DNA of 58,212 bases, counting the filler, from Stramenopiles sp. TOSAG23-6 (Eukaryota): the NCBI GenBank assembly GCA_900128565.1. It is 8 parts of 8 records of this genome, joined end to end, with 100 filler letters (N's around TTAATTAATTAA, not from the genome) between each part and the next. Parts side by side here need not be neighbours in the genome. Positions count along the whole stretch, not along the records: positions 29,211 to 36,397 come from LT636597.1; positions 36,498 to 43,683 come from LT636598.1; positions 43,784 to 50,960 come from LT636599.1; 5 more parts are not named here. One strand, 5' to 3'. Under the pieces are notes generated by a model, which made no database searches, was not told the DNA's origin, and saw only the letters and a program-made list of their open reading frames with translations. This document shows, piece by piece, positions 35,201 to 45,932 of the stretch. How positions within the stretch are numbered: the stretch's first letter is position 1; each line of letters starts with the position of its first letter. A program made the translations under genes and the position numbers.

Positions 35201-35550
35201 CTGAAGATGGGTGTTATATATACGGTTTATATTTGGAAGGAGCTCGATGGAACTCTGACAAAATGACACTTGACGATTCAAAACCAAAACAATTATATAC
35301 ACACGCGCCAGCAATGCATTTATTACCAGTGAAGGATCGAGAGAGACCAACGACGGGTATATATCGCTGTCCAGTGTACAAGGAGCTGCGCCGAGCGGGA
35401 ACCTTGAGTACAACTGGTCACTCAACAAATTTTATCATGTGGTTGGAAATTCCTGGAGGTCGATCAGACATCAGGAACAATTTGGAGCTTCCAGATCAAG
35501 ACTATTGGATCAAAGCAGGTGTTGCAATGTTCTGTGCCTTGCGATATTAA
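29212..35550 (+). CDS. DNAH1: Axonemal inner-arm dynein heavy chain (DNAH1-like), AAA3 to C-terminus, 5' partial, no introns
   Basis: GPTGTGKT (AAA3), GVGGSGRQS (AAA4), stalk, RRWPLFIDPQ, LQNCHL, NYGGRVTD, GTLSTTGHSTNF, WIKAGVAMFCAL; dynein is certain, the paralog assignment is tentative. Confidence 0.92.
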   Translation, partial: PKDGIVYDFYWEEETSSWQKWMKLANPYVHDTRLSFSEITVATTDSTRYTWILDTLITNGKHVLMCGPTGTGKTVNINKHLQTGMTKEYIPLCFTFSAQTSANQTQDIIDSKCDKRRKGVYGPMAGKKYVIFVDDVNMPQREIFFAQPPIELLRQWLCSSGWYDRKTLKWKTIIDSQLVIACGPPGGGRNPVTPRFFRHFNYVSYTAMEDDVMYTIFNSILENFLIMGKFDESLAPLANSIVWSSIEVYNQTLNELLPTPDKPHYTFNLRDLGKIFQGMLMANKTKLTEPLQIVRMWVHETLRVFGDRLTNPKDRTWFSDRLREKVETRMKTSWSDCMTNDVLLFGDYMIPGADPKVYCEVTQTDQIQPIFEEYLADYNAETKTPMNLVLFSDAIQHVSRISRVLRQPQGNALLFGVGGSGRQSLTRLATSMAEYELYQVEIAKGYGQAEWREDLRQCLLKAGVEDTPVVFLFVDTQIVFEGMLEDINNILNSGDVPNLYGPEEMDQIVTTCRAECTKKRLPPTKINIYAQYIIRVRRNIHMVIAMSPIGDDFRRRLRMFPSLVNCCTIDWFSEWPDEALLSVARNAMTIEDMMLGESIDGVVEFFKTIHQTAAEVSKDFLSELGRYNYVTPTSYLELLDTYKKIIKKKRVEVGDMKFKLQNGLDTMASTEEEVGKLQAHIIEMKPVLLKTSQEVADMIESITKDKADAAIVKSAVEKSEAEAKIQGAEAKAIADDAQRDLDEALPALDEAVKCLSLLKKSDLDEVRSLKTPPSGVKLTMEVACVIFGIKPVREKDPNNLGKKINNYWISAKAKLLNNPKKLLEMLIEYDKDNMEEAVVEKVKVYYENPXFLPKQIEKASKACTAICMWARAMYKYSCVAKEVEPKKKLLAEAQASLEVTMGVLKEAQTKLAAVMAKLAKLEKELAAAVAQKEDLEAQMKLAVERLERADVLISGLGGEKARWKITVVKLTSAFENLIGDVLVAACTISYLGCFTPAFRXRIVKLLLSKLEDLKIVPFSEGASIRSVLEDPVLVRHWIITGLPTDTHSVENAIVMSYARRWPLFIDPQQQANRFIKNLGKTEAKNGIDLIKLTDANFLRTLENGVRFGKWVLLENILETLDASLEPLLQQQKFKQGGSLMIKIGDSTIPYNDNFKFFMTTKLPNPHYPPEVCVKVTLLNFTITPTGLEDQLLGVVVVKEKPELEEQKNALLVANARMQKQLKEIEDSILKLLAESTGNILDDVELIQALADSKKVSREIEDKVKEAAETELVINAAREGYRSVAFRGSLLYFCIADLALVDPMYQYSLQWFVALFTKGIEEAEKNEDLEIRKQTLIDYFTLKLYINVCRSLFENHKLIFSFLKCIAILRGYGKIDPLEFKFLTLXQAEAFKEAPNPAPEWLVARAWTDICTLSSLPAFEGFEIDFATNITNWRGYFDSLTPQTEKFPEAWEAKLNSMQKMCVLKCLRPDKCADAIMNYVIENMSQEFVEPPPFDLSKTFADSSCTTPLVFVLTAGSDPTKMFNQFAEDMEMGKKTKGISLGQGQDVIAEQMIRDGIEKGTWVYLQNCHLYVSWMNTLEQMCENIDPENCHRNFRLWLTSMPSKAFPVAILQNGIKMTIEPPKGLKANLKNAYFKLDDTKLEKTEKPKXYKKLLWALSFFHAIVQDRRKYGGLGWNIPYEFNDTDLAISKTQLEMFLDTYDETPYKQLIFLISYINYGGRVTDYIDLRTIDVLLRDLYVPEIMTDTYKFSSSGLYYSIPVDPETPHKKYMEFIDKMPLNSAPEAFGMHENAAIICAETETSAIFEIVVKLQAKSGSGAGKTYEEILDEAAGKILDTVPKPFKIDEVAMMYPLTYSESMNTVLIQELMRYNNIIIVIRKELPTMRKALKGLVVMSVELEATANAIFTQQIPPSWDAVAYPSLKALSAWSDELVERLEFLQKWIDEGIPPSFWVPGFFFPQAFFTGTQQNFARKYQLPIDTLTFDXIMLKEEGSSITEKPEDGCYIYGLYLEGARWNSDKMTLDDSKPKQLYTHAPAMHLLPVKDRERPTTGIYRCPVYKELRRAGTLSTTGHSTNFIMWLEIPGGRSDIRNNLELPDQDYWIKAGVAMFCALRY

Positions 35551-35694
35551 GAGACTTGGTGAAGTAAAGTATGAATTAAGAAGTTTCAAATAATTTAGTT
35601 TAAAAAAATAAAGATAGAATATTCTTATCAAATTACAAAATGTCATTTTATTTTTTAAATTCTGGTGTTTTGAAGATTCGAAAGTTCAGTAGTT

Positions 35695-36344
35695 TTATGC
35701 TCTGCCATACTCTTTTGCAAGTTCATATTGTTTAACCATATCCATAGGTTTCAGTTGCGTCGCATTTCTGTCAAAAAACATAGAATAATCAAAGAAATGA
35801 AGCGATTTTCGGAGTCTTACTTGTGCATCCACCACTTTCACATTTTCATCCTCTACGTCTTTTTCGTCACGAAGTTTCGATGATTCTACGTCTTTTTCGT
35901 CAAGAAGTTTCGATGATTCCATATTACTCGACCCTTCACAATTATCCTCATTTATAACGCTCTTATTTTTAAGATTTCCTGTATCATTATTTTGCAAAGT
36001 CAGGTCAGAATGAATTTCAGTCACTGCATAATTGAGATTGAAAATTTTATCAAAAATAATATTTGAAACTTCTCTAGACGAGCGCAATGTTCCTTTTGTG
36101 TTATACATAAAATTAACTGCACGTACAATACCCATGGAGGCAGTTACTTCCAACCAATATTTTGCATGTGTTTCTATTTGTGCAGCAGAGTCATCCTTAG
36201 AATCATTCATACCTGGTAACATCTCATCCTCAGAATCATTGATCATTGCACAAGTGGTAATCAACTCAATCATCTGCTCATGAGTGTCAACGTCAGCATT
36301 ACTCAAAAGACTTGATCTTGGTCTGTGACGCGAAAGTATGTACA
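35695..36344 (-). CDS. Terminal exon of an unknown protein
   Basis: Open frame downstream of a family acceptor CCAAAATACAT|TG TAC. Confidence 0.65.
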
Positions 36345-36397
36345 ATGTATTTTGGAAAAATATTTCAAAAAAAATCGTTAGGTACAAAATTTCGTAC
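36345..36397 (-). other. Family intron, 3' half ending CAT
   Basis: GTACGAAATTTTGTACCTAACGATTTTTTTTGAAATATTTTTCCAAAATACAT|, nearly identical to 14612..14662. Confidence 0.82.
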
Positions 36398-36497
36398 NNN
36401 NNNNNNNNNNNNNNNNNNNNNNNNNNNNNNNNNNNNNNNNNTTAATTAATTAANNNNNNNNNNNNNNNNNNNNNNNNNNNNNNNNNNNNNNNNNNNN
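36398..36497. other. Artificial contig spacer
   Basis: N-TTAATTAATTAA-N. Confidence 0.97.
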
Positions 36498-39400
36498 CAG
36501 AGAGAGCATTGAGTTTGAAGAGTGTCTCTCCCACTAAGCTTTTCAAGTGGAACATACGCGAGTGATGTGGCATCATAACTACTCAGGGGGATATTCGTTG
36601 TAAACTCTTTTTTACCCAAAACTTCATCTTTTAAGAGTATTAAATGTCCAAAGTATGATGAAGGGCAATCACATCGACTCTGTGTGTTATCACCAAGTAT
36701 GAGTGTGTCTCCAGGACATTCAGTAGCAACATAAGAACCTTCTGCACAAAATTCGCTCCCCTTACAAGCAACTTTTACTGCAGAATTAGCACATCTATGA
36801 TTTGCTGGGCATATACTTATTGAAGATACACCTTCTGCACAATATACAGCTAATGTATTTGTCACTCCCGCGGCTGGTTCACAACTTTGTTTTACTCTCG
36901 AGTCAATACAATATGATCCAGCTGAACACTTTTGTGGATTATGAGATCCGGCGGGGCAGAAATAGGCCACTTCCTTTGCATCTGTGATGGGATTTTCAGA
37001 ATCTTTTGGTTCATCAATTTCAGGAAAATCACAATTATATTTGTGTTTGCCATCCTTGCAGTAATACCCAGCAGGACATTTTATAGGTTGGGTCCTCTTT
37101 GGGGGACAATACCATGCAACATCAGCTGATTCCAAATTTACATCATGATTTTGAGAATCCCATATACAAGAATGTTTTGTTGATACAGTTGGACAGTAAT
37201 ACCCCGCTTCGCAACCTGGATTAGTTTTTACAATGGTAGTGACTGTTGGTTCTTCTACAACAAGTTCTGCCATTTGAAAACCAACAGTGACGATCACAGA
37301 TTGAACAATTTTCAATATATTTGCTACACTGAAAGTGTCAGCAGCGTTATTGCCATCATTTGTATTGCCATCATTTGTATTGCCATCATTTGTATTGCCA
37401 TCATTTGCATTCCCATCATTTGTATTCCCATTACTTTCGTCTTTGACATTCGTGGCTATTATTTTAAAATGATGTAATGATTCTGCGCAGGATACATGCA
37501 CACAATCATCTATAAGTGCAGGGCTTTTACACCAGCCAATGAAATCAGCAATCCATTGGTCAACTCCAGTGTCATCACATGCTGCTGCTTCAAGTCTACG
37601 CCGACGACTCGTTAACATTGTTAATGTTGTGGGATATTCCCTACTTTCAATTTCCACAGCCTTCCCTGTTTTCGTTCCTGCCGGACAGTATTCATCCTCA
37701 GAACATGGATCTATCTTTGAAGCGTCACTACACTTAAATCCTTCTGGGCATAATATTACAGATGTCCTAGAAGTTCCTTCTTGGCAATATGGCTGTTTTC
37801 CTGGATATTCAGCAAGTACATTAGGACAATCTGTGGAGTCATCAGAATCACAAGGATGTGGGGAGTCAGCAGAATCACAAGTATATGGAAGATCTGAGTC
37901 ACCAGAATCACAAGGGAATTCATTGTAACCACCATCACAAAAACATCCCGCTGTACACTTTCTTTTGGTACTCTGATCATCTACTAATTTACAAACCCAT
38001 CCCGTGTCTTGTGATTCGAGGAATGTCATTTGTTCATCTAATGGTTGATTCGAAATCCAAACGCACCTTTTCTTTTCTGTTGACTTGGGACAATAAGATC
38101 CATTCGGACACAACTGGGGTGATTTTGATCCTTCTTCGCAATAATATTTCCCATCATCACATTTTACAGGTTGATCGGTTATAATCGCACAGTAATGCCC
38201 TACAAGACACAGTACAGCCCTCAGTGATCCTGCTGGACAATAGTAGCCTAAATTCTGATCATCATCATTATGAAGAGCGCAATCTGCTATCTCCCTCGAT
38301 GTTGCACACATTTTTCCTTCGGGGCAATCTTCTTCTTTCGCTGTTCCAAGTGGGCAATAACTTCCAGGATCACATTGAATTGCTTTAAATGAACCTTCTG
38401 GACAATGGTAGCCAATTGGACACTCTTCCTTTTGAGCTGCGGTTTTACATAAATACCCTGCTGGACAAGGTACGCTTTGTTTTGATCCTAATCCGCAAAA
38501 ATCTCCGTCAACACAATCTGTTGGCTGATCACTTATGGTAGGACATTTTTTTCCGGCCGGACACTCCACTGCCTTCGTTGATCTTACCGGACAGTAATAG
38601 CCTTTGGATCCAGCATCGCTAGGATAAGCACAATCGTTTTTTTCACTTGGTGTCGGACACATATAATTTGCTGGACAGTCGTCTTGAACTGCACTTTCAA
38701 CTGGACAATAGCTACCGGGAAGACATGTTTCTTCTTTAAATGAATATTGTGGACAATAGAAACCACTTCTACATGTTGTCTGAGTACTCGGTGTTGGACA
38801 GTAAGATCCCGCACTGCATGGAATTTTGTTTTTTGTCCCTGCAGGACAGTAATACGCAGACTGGGCATTTTCGCATGGATTTCTAGTCTCTGGATTGGGA
38901 CATTCGTAATTAACGTCACAAATAGCGTCAACCAGGGTATTGAATACATTCCCTAGGGGACAATAAATTGCTTTACCATCCACTGGAACACACTTTTCAC
39001 GTGTTGTTCCGTATAAGTCACCAATTTTAGGACAATAATGCCCTGCAGGACATTTATTTTTCGATTTACTTCCTTCTGGGCAATAATAACGATATTCTAC
39101 ACAATCTTCGCCTTCACAACCCTGTTCCTTACTTGGAACACACGCCTCACGATGTTGACTTGTTTTGCAAAAGTAACCCGCATCGCAAAGATCGCAGTCA
39201 GCATTTGAATCACCAGTGTCAAACTTTCCGGGGCCACACGTTTCACAATAGCCGCAATCTACCAGTTTAGAATGATCTGTCATATCGACACTGCATTTCT
39301 CCACAGTGGCTTCGTTTGGCACACACGCTAAAAATAATTTCCATTCACATCCTTGAGTATCAGTACAATCACTTGTTGTCAATTTTTGCCCGCATGACAC

Positions 39401-42400
39401 CCCCCCAGACTGACGACATCTACTAGTATCTTGATTCCATGAACATCCTTGAGTATTATTACAAGTTGTTTCCGTCGAGTTGTCCGCGCAAATTCCAACA
39501 CAATAACCTTGATTCCATTTACTATCAGATGGTTTATCTTCACAGGCTTCATCAGTGACGAATTGTCCATCGACCTTTTTGCATAGGTTAGTTCTCCAGT
39601 TACAATTATTAGCATTATTGCAATCTCCATTTTTGTCTTTAAAGTTGAAACAACTTTCATCATAACCTGTTTCTTCATTACTACACCCCCACCATTTACA
39701 ATGCTCAGTGGGACAATCATTCTCCGTTGTGAAGGACATACATGGGACCATTTGATTGCCTTTACCACAACTTTCATCTGCTGTTTTGTCACATCTTGAG
39801 CCTATATATCCTAAATCACAGACACAAAATGCTGTGGTTTTTCCATTCGTAGTGTCCTTCATGCACAATCCATTACCATTACAATAATTATCATCCTTCT
39901 CACATTGTGTACAAGAATCATATAAATTATATTCTGGAGTACAACTTATTGTCATGTCGTTGTCCTTTTGACATTTTTTACCTTCACCTACAGGTCGGAC
40001 AGATATTGAATATTGCCTTTCGCAGCTATCATCACATAAAGTATCTTGTGAGTCCACACAATCCCTGTTACAGATTGCTTTATAAGGTTCCTCTTTTGTT
40101 CTGTCACAATGTTGGTCTGTAGCCGTACAAAAATCAGGATCTGTTATACATCTATGACAATTATCTGACGTTATTGAGTCTCGTAATGCATCACTACATT
40201 GTCGTGTGGGACAACGTTTTCCTCCTCCTTGTTTTGTTTGTGTTATCTTAGAACCTTGTATGCAATCATGGTAATCATTTAACCAGTCTTTAGGATCTTC
40301 AGGACCACACGAATCTAGCCATTCAACTTCACAATCTCGATTACTACAATTAGAACCCCACCATGGGCTCTCACAAATACATTTTGCAACACCTTGCGGA
40401 GATTTACCACATTTCGCATTTTCTAGATCATCACAGTTTAAGCTGTCACAATCAATACAATCATCGTACAGGGATTCACCATGATTACATGTCCCAGAGT
40501 ATCCGTCCTCGTAATCACAACTTCTACCACTTCCAGTTTTTTCTTTGGTGATAATAAATGTTTTTTTACACTCATTATCACAAGGACTCCAATGACCAAC
40601 ACAATCATTTTCTTGTGTACAATTTGGGCCCACATATCCTTCTTCACATTTACAATGTGATAATCCATCTTCAAGGACACATTCTCCTTTACCATTGCAG
40701 TTGTCAAATTTTTTACAATTGGCTACGGAAATAGGTTCCCTCACACTACTACAAATTGTCTGTCCTTGATATAGAACACATTTTTCGCCTTCCGAGGTAC
40801 ATTTATCGCAATCCCAATTTGGTATTGTTTCACATAAATACTTATCAGTAGCGTCCCGGGCATCACAACCCATTTCAGTAATACCACCCCTTGCAAATGT
40901 ATTTATGGCTCTTTTATAAATGCGGTGATTATTTGCACTTGTTGGATAGCATTTAGTTTCACGTTTAAAACAGCTACATTTTCCTTGATTGTTGATGGTA
41001 AAATAATGTGACATTTCGCATGATGAACGACAGTATTTATCACATTCAACGCTCAGATTTTTCCAGTACAAATCATCTGGGTCAGAGCTACTTTCAAACG
41101 TCTTAAATTGATCAGGGTTTACGTTGTTACATTTTTTATCAATATTATCAGGTTCTAACAGAGGCTCCAATGTCATAGTTCCTGGCTTGTTAAGTTTTAG
41201 ACATTTTTTCGTGTCGTCATCATTGAGTTCGATATTGCGTTTAGGTTGCCATAAAGAAGTTGATACTTTCGTTGCGTCAAGCATAGTAAAGTTTTCTTCT
41301 TCAGAACAGTTAGAGCTACATTTCCCTCCAATCCATGTTCCAAAGCTGGTTAGAGATTTATTTGTAACCACAGACATTTCAGAAATCTCATTTTAGTTGT
41401 GTGGAACTGCTAATTGCATTCCCCTCAGTTCACACTCTTCTTTTGCCGAATCCCAAGACACCAGTGGTCGTTTTTTGAAACGATTCACTGACCCGGATTC
41501 ATAGAAATAAAGTTCATCAAAAATTATACCAACATAACCCAAATCAAGATAACCAATACCAGGTCGCCACTGCCTCCAATTGTAATTGTAGCCGTTTCTG
41601 TTTAGTTCTACATACATCATCTGAATTGTCGCAGGGGGATCAAACCTTTTTGACCAAACTGAGCCATGAAAATACCATTCTTTATACATACTTGGATTTA
41701 TCCATTCTGAAGTATACGACTCCTCCTCTGAGTTTGATATCTCAGGAACTACAACGCGAAATTTCCACTTCCCAGTAGTTTGAGACCCATAGCCAGCACC
41801 TTCACCTGTTGGTCGCATTTTGATGAAATTTATGCTCCGAGGATTGTCAAATGTAACCTTAAGTTTGAAGGTTTGATTATAACTATTCCCGAAATTAACA
41901 TAATAATTTTTGTAATCTGTATGTACGCCGTTTTGAACATGACACTTTGAGCCATCAAAAGCGTGTGTTAAATCTTTACCTTGATTAGGTTCAGTTACCA
42001 CAGTAACGACATCCGGGATTCTGTATTGATTGTTACTCCAACAAGTATTGCCTCCAGTGGGGCATTTTAAGTCAATCATTTTATTCCCGGCGATATATTC
42101 ATAGAATTCAATTTCATCAAGATAGTTACCTTGAGTAAGGCTTATTACTGCATTTATTGTTGGGCCAACTTCAACAGGCTCACCTTCTTCATTTATGATG
42201 TCTAAGTTCCATTCGTTGTTCACTTGACCCGTATTACCACTCAGGAATGCATTTGTCAGTTTTCTGCCATTCCATGTTTTAGAACCAATTGTTAGTGAAG
42301 GTTGTATTGTAGATCTGTGTGCTATTCTTGTTGGATATCCAAATGAATAGTCAACTACTTGACCGGGGGTCCAGTATCCACATCGAACCTTAGCTGCTCC

Positions 42401-43644
42401 AAACAAATATTTTCTCTTAAATTCAAATTTAAATGAAGATTCGTAGTTGATGGTTCCACTCCTGCCATTTGCGAACGGATTCATAAAAACGTTTTGATAC
42501 CACCAACTGCCCCCCGAGAACGAAGCGCCATAATTAGATTGATTAAAAAGCCCTTGCATAAGCCAAAAATACATCCCATTATCAAACCAATTCCAATAGC
42601 CACCGGTATATTGATAAACATCTGTATAAGAAATCAATCTATCTGGGGTCACCACGATACCCCACTCGGTACCAGCTTCCACCTCAGCTTTGGAGGGATA
42701 ATAGTAAACTTGTGTTGCTTCATCATTAAACCTCATAGGTCTGGCATAACCCCCACATTTCGCATGAGCCATGCCATATCGAAATTCAGGGTATCCCCGT
42801 GGGCAGTGGCATGCCATATCAAGTAGTACAAGATCTGTTTCATCATCTTCTTCTGAAAGTCTACGCCGCCTACTTGCAGCAGTATCGATTTTTTCAACAC
42901 CTTCATATATTGAAATCTCCTCCAATATTGGCCCAAATGTACCCGATTTTTTCACTGTAACTGTAATTGTTTCAACACTTACCACTTCGTTAAATTTCTT
43001 AGTCCATACGTACCCAAATTTTTCATTGTCTTTTGTTTCAGTTGAAGATATGTACTCGCTACCCACCTGAATTTGAAAAGAATTTCCATTAGTATTACCA
43101 GACCTACCAACTGGTCGCACACCAACTTCCTTAATATTGCGAGCCTCTGGAAATGTAATCGTCAACGTCACATCAGTGTCATTCTGGTTCTCTTTCATAG
43201 ATATATTAACAATTTCAGGTTTTGTCAAATCATCGTTATACACTCGCACGTCTGATAAAAATCCTTTATAGCAACCATATTTTTCTATGAAGCTATCTGT
43301 ATCATCATTATTGTCTTTGGTATCGTCATTACAAAATGATATTCCCAAGTGATTTGTTTCATGAGTTCCATCGTTACTGATATTTTTGCTTCCTGACACA
43401 GAATTCTGACCTTTCAATACACCATCAACATACAGAAACATACTTGAACCATCATATACTCCACAATAATGATGCCATTCATTTATATCTATAGATTTAA
43501 TATCAGCTTCAACGACGTTCATCCCGGTTGTATATATACCAAATTTTATTGTATCACGATTGACAGGTTGTAAATAGAAAATATTCCTAAAATCCGAGTT
43601 GAGTTTAACCCACTTATTGATCCACATTGGATTGTCGTTACCCC
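36498..43644 (-). CDS. Giant Cys-rich extracellular protein (LamG/pentraxin-like, C-type-lectin-like, EGF, TSP1-like and C-P-x-G-x-Y-C repeats), partial at both ends, with one in-frame TAA at 41393..41395
   Basis: EWHHYCGVYDGSSMFLYVDG (LamG); SWDSAKEECELRGMQLAVPHN*NEISEM...WIGG (CTL); CNGKGEC..CKCEEGYVGPNC (EGF); DCVGHWSPC (TSP1); dozens of CPAGxYC repeats. The two ORFs are in the same frame. Confidence 0.8.
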
Positions 43645-43683
43645 ATTTATTTTGGAAAAATATTTCAAAAAAAAATCGTTAGG
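43645..43683 (-). other. Family intron, 3' half ending AAT
   Basis: CCTAACGATTTTTTTTTGAAATATTTTTCCAAAATAAAT|GG GGT AAC. Confidence 0.78.
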
Positions 43684-43783
43684 NNNNNNNNNNNNNNNNN
43701 NNNNNNNNNNNNNNNNNNNNNNNNNNNTTAATTAATTAANNNNNNNNNNNNNNNNNNNNNNNNNNNNNNNNNNNNNNNNNNNN
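43684..43783. other. Artificial contig spacer
   Basis: N-TTAATTAATTAA-N. Confidence 0.97.
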
Positions 43784-44217
43784 AAGAAACATCCTTTCAC
43801 TATGATCATTCGCCATTATCAAGTCAACGGAGATTGAAGGATGGGGCGAAAAAAAAAACCAGGTCTCTAACAAACACGCCTGGTTCGAATGACTGCAATA
43901 CATCACAAATGTCAAGCCAACCTTGTGAGAAAGGAGGAGGGTCATTAATGGTGAAACTGTTAAATACTAAAAAACGATTTACTGAGACATGTCAAACTTC
44001 GACATCGACTGCATCATCGACTGCAACACCAACTGCATCACCAATAGCCACACCAACTGCATCACCAATAGCCACACCAACTGCATCACCAACTGCACAA
44101 CCAACAGCTACACCAACTGCACAACCAACTGCACAACCAACAGCCGCACCAACAGCCGCACCGACTGCAACACCAACAGCCGCACCAACAGCCGCACCGA
44201 CTGCAACACCAACTGCA
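43784..44217 (+). repeat. 434-bp direct terminal repeat of this contig, copy 1 (copy 2 at 50527..50960)
   Basis: Appears identical by eye at offset 6743; includes unique sequence plus PT repeats. Confidence 0.9.
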
Positions 44218-45793
44218 GCACCAACAGCCGCACCGACTGCAACACCACCTCCTCCATCAACACCAAAACAGAATCATAAAAATCATATATTAAATGAGAC
44301 CCCAGAAAAAGAAGAAGATAATTTAAATTCATTGCGATATCAACTACAAGAAATCAAAACTTTAGCAGCAGAACAAAGTAAACATCTACAAAACACGAAA
44401 TCAGATAGAAATTTGTTATTGGAAGATAATGAAGCTTTAGTTGAACAACTAAGTCGTTTACAGATATCCGTATGTATGTTTTATTTATTTATTTATTTTT
44501 TTTCGTTTAAAAAAAAAAAAAAAAATGTTGTACCTAACAAATGTTTTAGAATTTTGTTTTGAAATATTTTTCCAAAATACATGTACAGCGAAAGATCGAA
44601 GTGCTCAAAAAAAACACGAATTTCATTCACTTAAAAAAAAAAGTAGAAACAGAGACAAAAATTTGGGAAATATGTATGTATTTATTATTCATTTTGTTTT
44701 TAAACAATTGAAATTTTGTATAAAAATTATAAAAATTTCCCTTTTATTCTTCATATGAAAATTCCGTACGTACAACCCCATCATGAATGACGAATGAATT
44801 TGTGAAAACTCAAAACAAAATTCAAAATTGACATATTTTTATAACATTTCATGGAAATTGCTCTCATGGAGTTTCAAATGCTACATCGAGAAGCAGTTGT
44901 AAAGCATCAATCTGAAATAAAAAATATGCAAAGTCAAATTGAATCAAAGACAAATTTAATTATTGAACTTCAAAATGAAATTAAGACCTTTAAAAAACCG
45001 ATGATGGCAAAAATTCAAAGTGTTTCAAATGCTGCTAGTCATAGATTTTTTGGCTCACCCGCCATAGTATGTTTATATTTTTTAAAATTGATTTTTTTTT
45101 TTTGGTTTGTTAGGTACAAAATTTCGTATGAAAAAATATTTTTTAAAATTGATTTTTTTTTTTGGTTTGTTAGTTTACAACATACTATTCAATACAATTC
45201 TGAACAACATCCTCTTTTGTTTTGTTTTTACTATTTTTTGTTGTACTATTTGTTTTTACTATAATGAAAAATGTGTACTAATTAGCCAACAAAAACAACA
45301 TGAAACATATTTCTTCACAATACTTGCTAAACCAATTCGAGGGAAAGACACAATGACAATCAAGACAGTAGATGGAACTGTACCAATGACTAAAATTATA
45401 AAAAAACGTACATTTGGAGATATTTTTTCTAGTGCTTTAAGTCGAGTGACGAAACGAGTCAGCGATCATTTGGTAAAATCACCGGAAAATAAAGAAAAAA
45501 AAATGAATACTGAACAAAATTATCAAAAAGATAATCAACCTCCTCCGGTACCAAACAATAAACCAATAATTGATGATGAGTATAAGAAATATCTAGATGA
45601 TAATAGTAGTATACCTGATGAGAGAGATAATTTTTGTACACCAAGTCAGGATTTTGTGAAAGATGTACATGACATTATACCTCCTTTTCCTGAAGAACAA
45701 TCTGATTTTGTGAAAGATGTACATGACAGTATACCTCCTTTTCCTGAAGAACAATCTGATATTCCTTCATTTCGTGTAAAAGTGAGTAAATGA
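43784..45793 (+). CDS. PT-repeat plus coiled-coil protein, 5' partial, with three family introns
   Basis: TPTA/APTA repeats then a coiled coil; approximate exons ..44473, 44583..44673, 44850/44853..45066, 45326..45793; frame of the second exon is ambiguous. Confidence 0.55.
44474..44582 (+). other. Non-canonical GT-AT intron (donor at 44474 or 44470)
   Basis: GTATGT...TGTTGTACCTAAC...GAAATATTTTTCCAAAATACAT|. Confidence 0.78.
44674..44852 (+). other. Probable family intron (acceptor 44852 CAT or 44849 TTT)
   Basis: AT|GTATGT...CATATGAAAATTCCGTACGTAC...GACATATTTTTATAACATTTCAT|G GAA; no AG anywhere near the acceptor. Confidence 0.6.
45067..45325 (+). other. Non-canonical GT-TT intron (259 nt, phase 0) with an inverted core motif inside
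   Basis: GCC ATA|GTATGT...TTCTTCACAATACTT|GCT AAA CCA. Confidence 0.62.
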
Positions 45794-45932
45794 GATGTTT
45801 TTTTTATTATATAGACTTTGTTTTTATTATATAGAGATTATTTTTTGTTTTCATATATATAATAAACAAAATGTTTATAATTTTGCTTAACATAGAAAAT
45901 ATATATAATAAAAAACAATGAAAACAAAATGT

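Noticed and set aside
28305-41395. Genome-wide TAA stop-codon reassignment
   Set aside because: There are only two cases. Frames of 1000-2100 codons have no internal TAA, and conserved genes such as dynein and UTP13 end in TAA.
36498-43644. Giant-virus or prokaryotic origin of the intron-poor AT-rich contigs
   Set aside because: No viral or bacterial hallmark genes, and these contigs carry the same intron family as the clearly eukaryotic ones.
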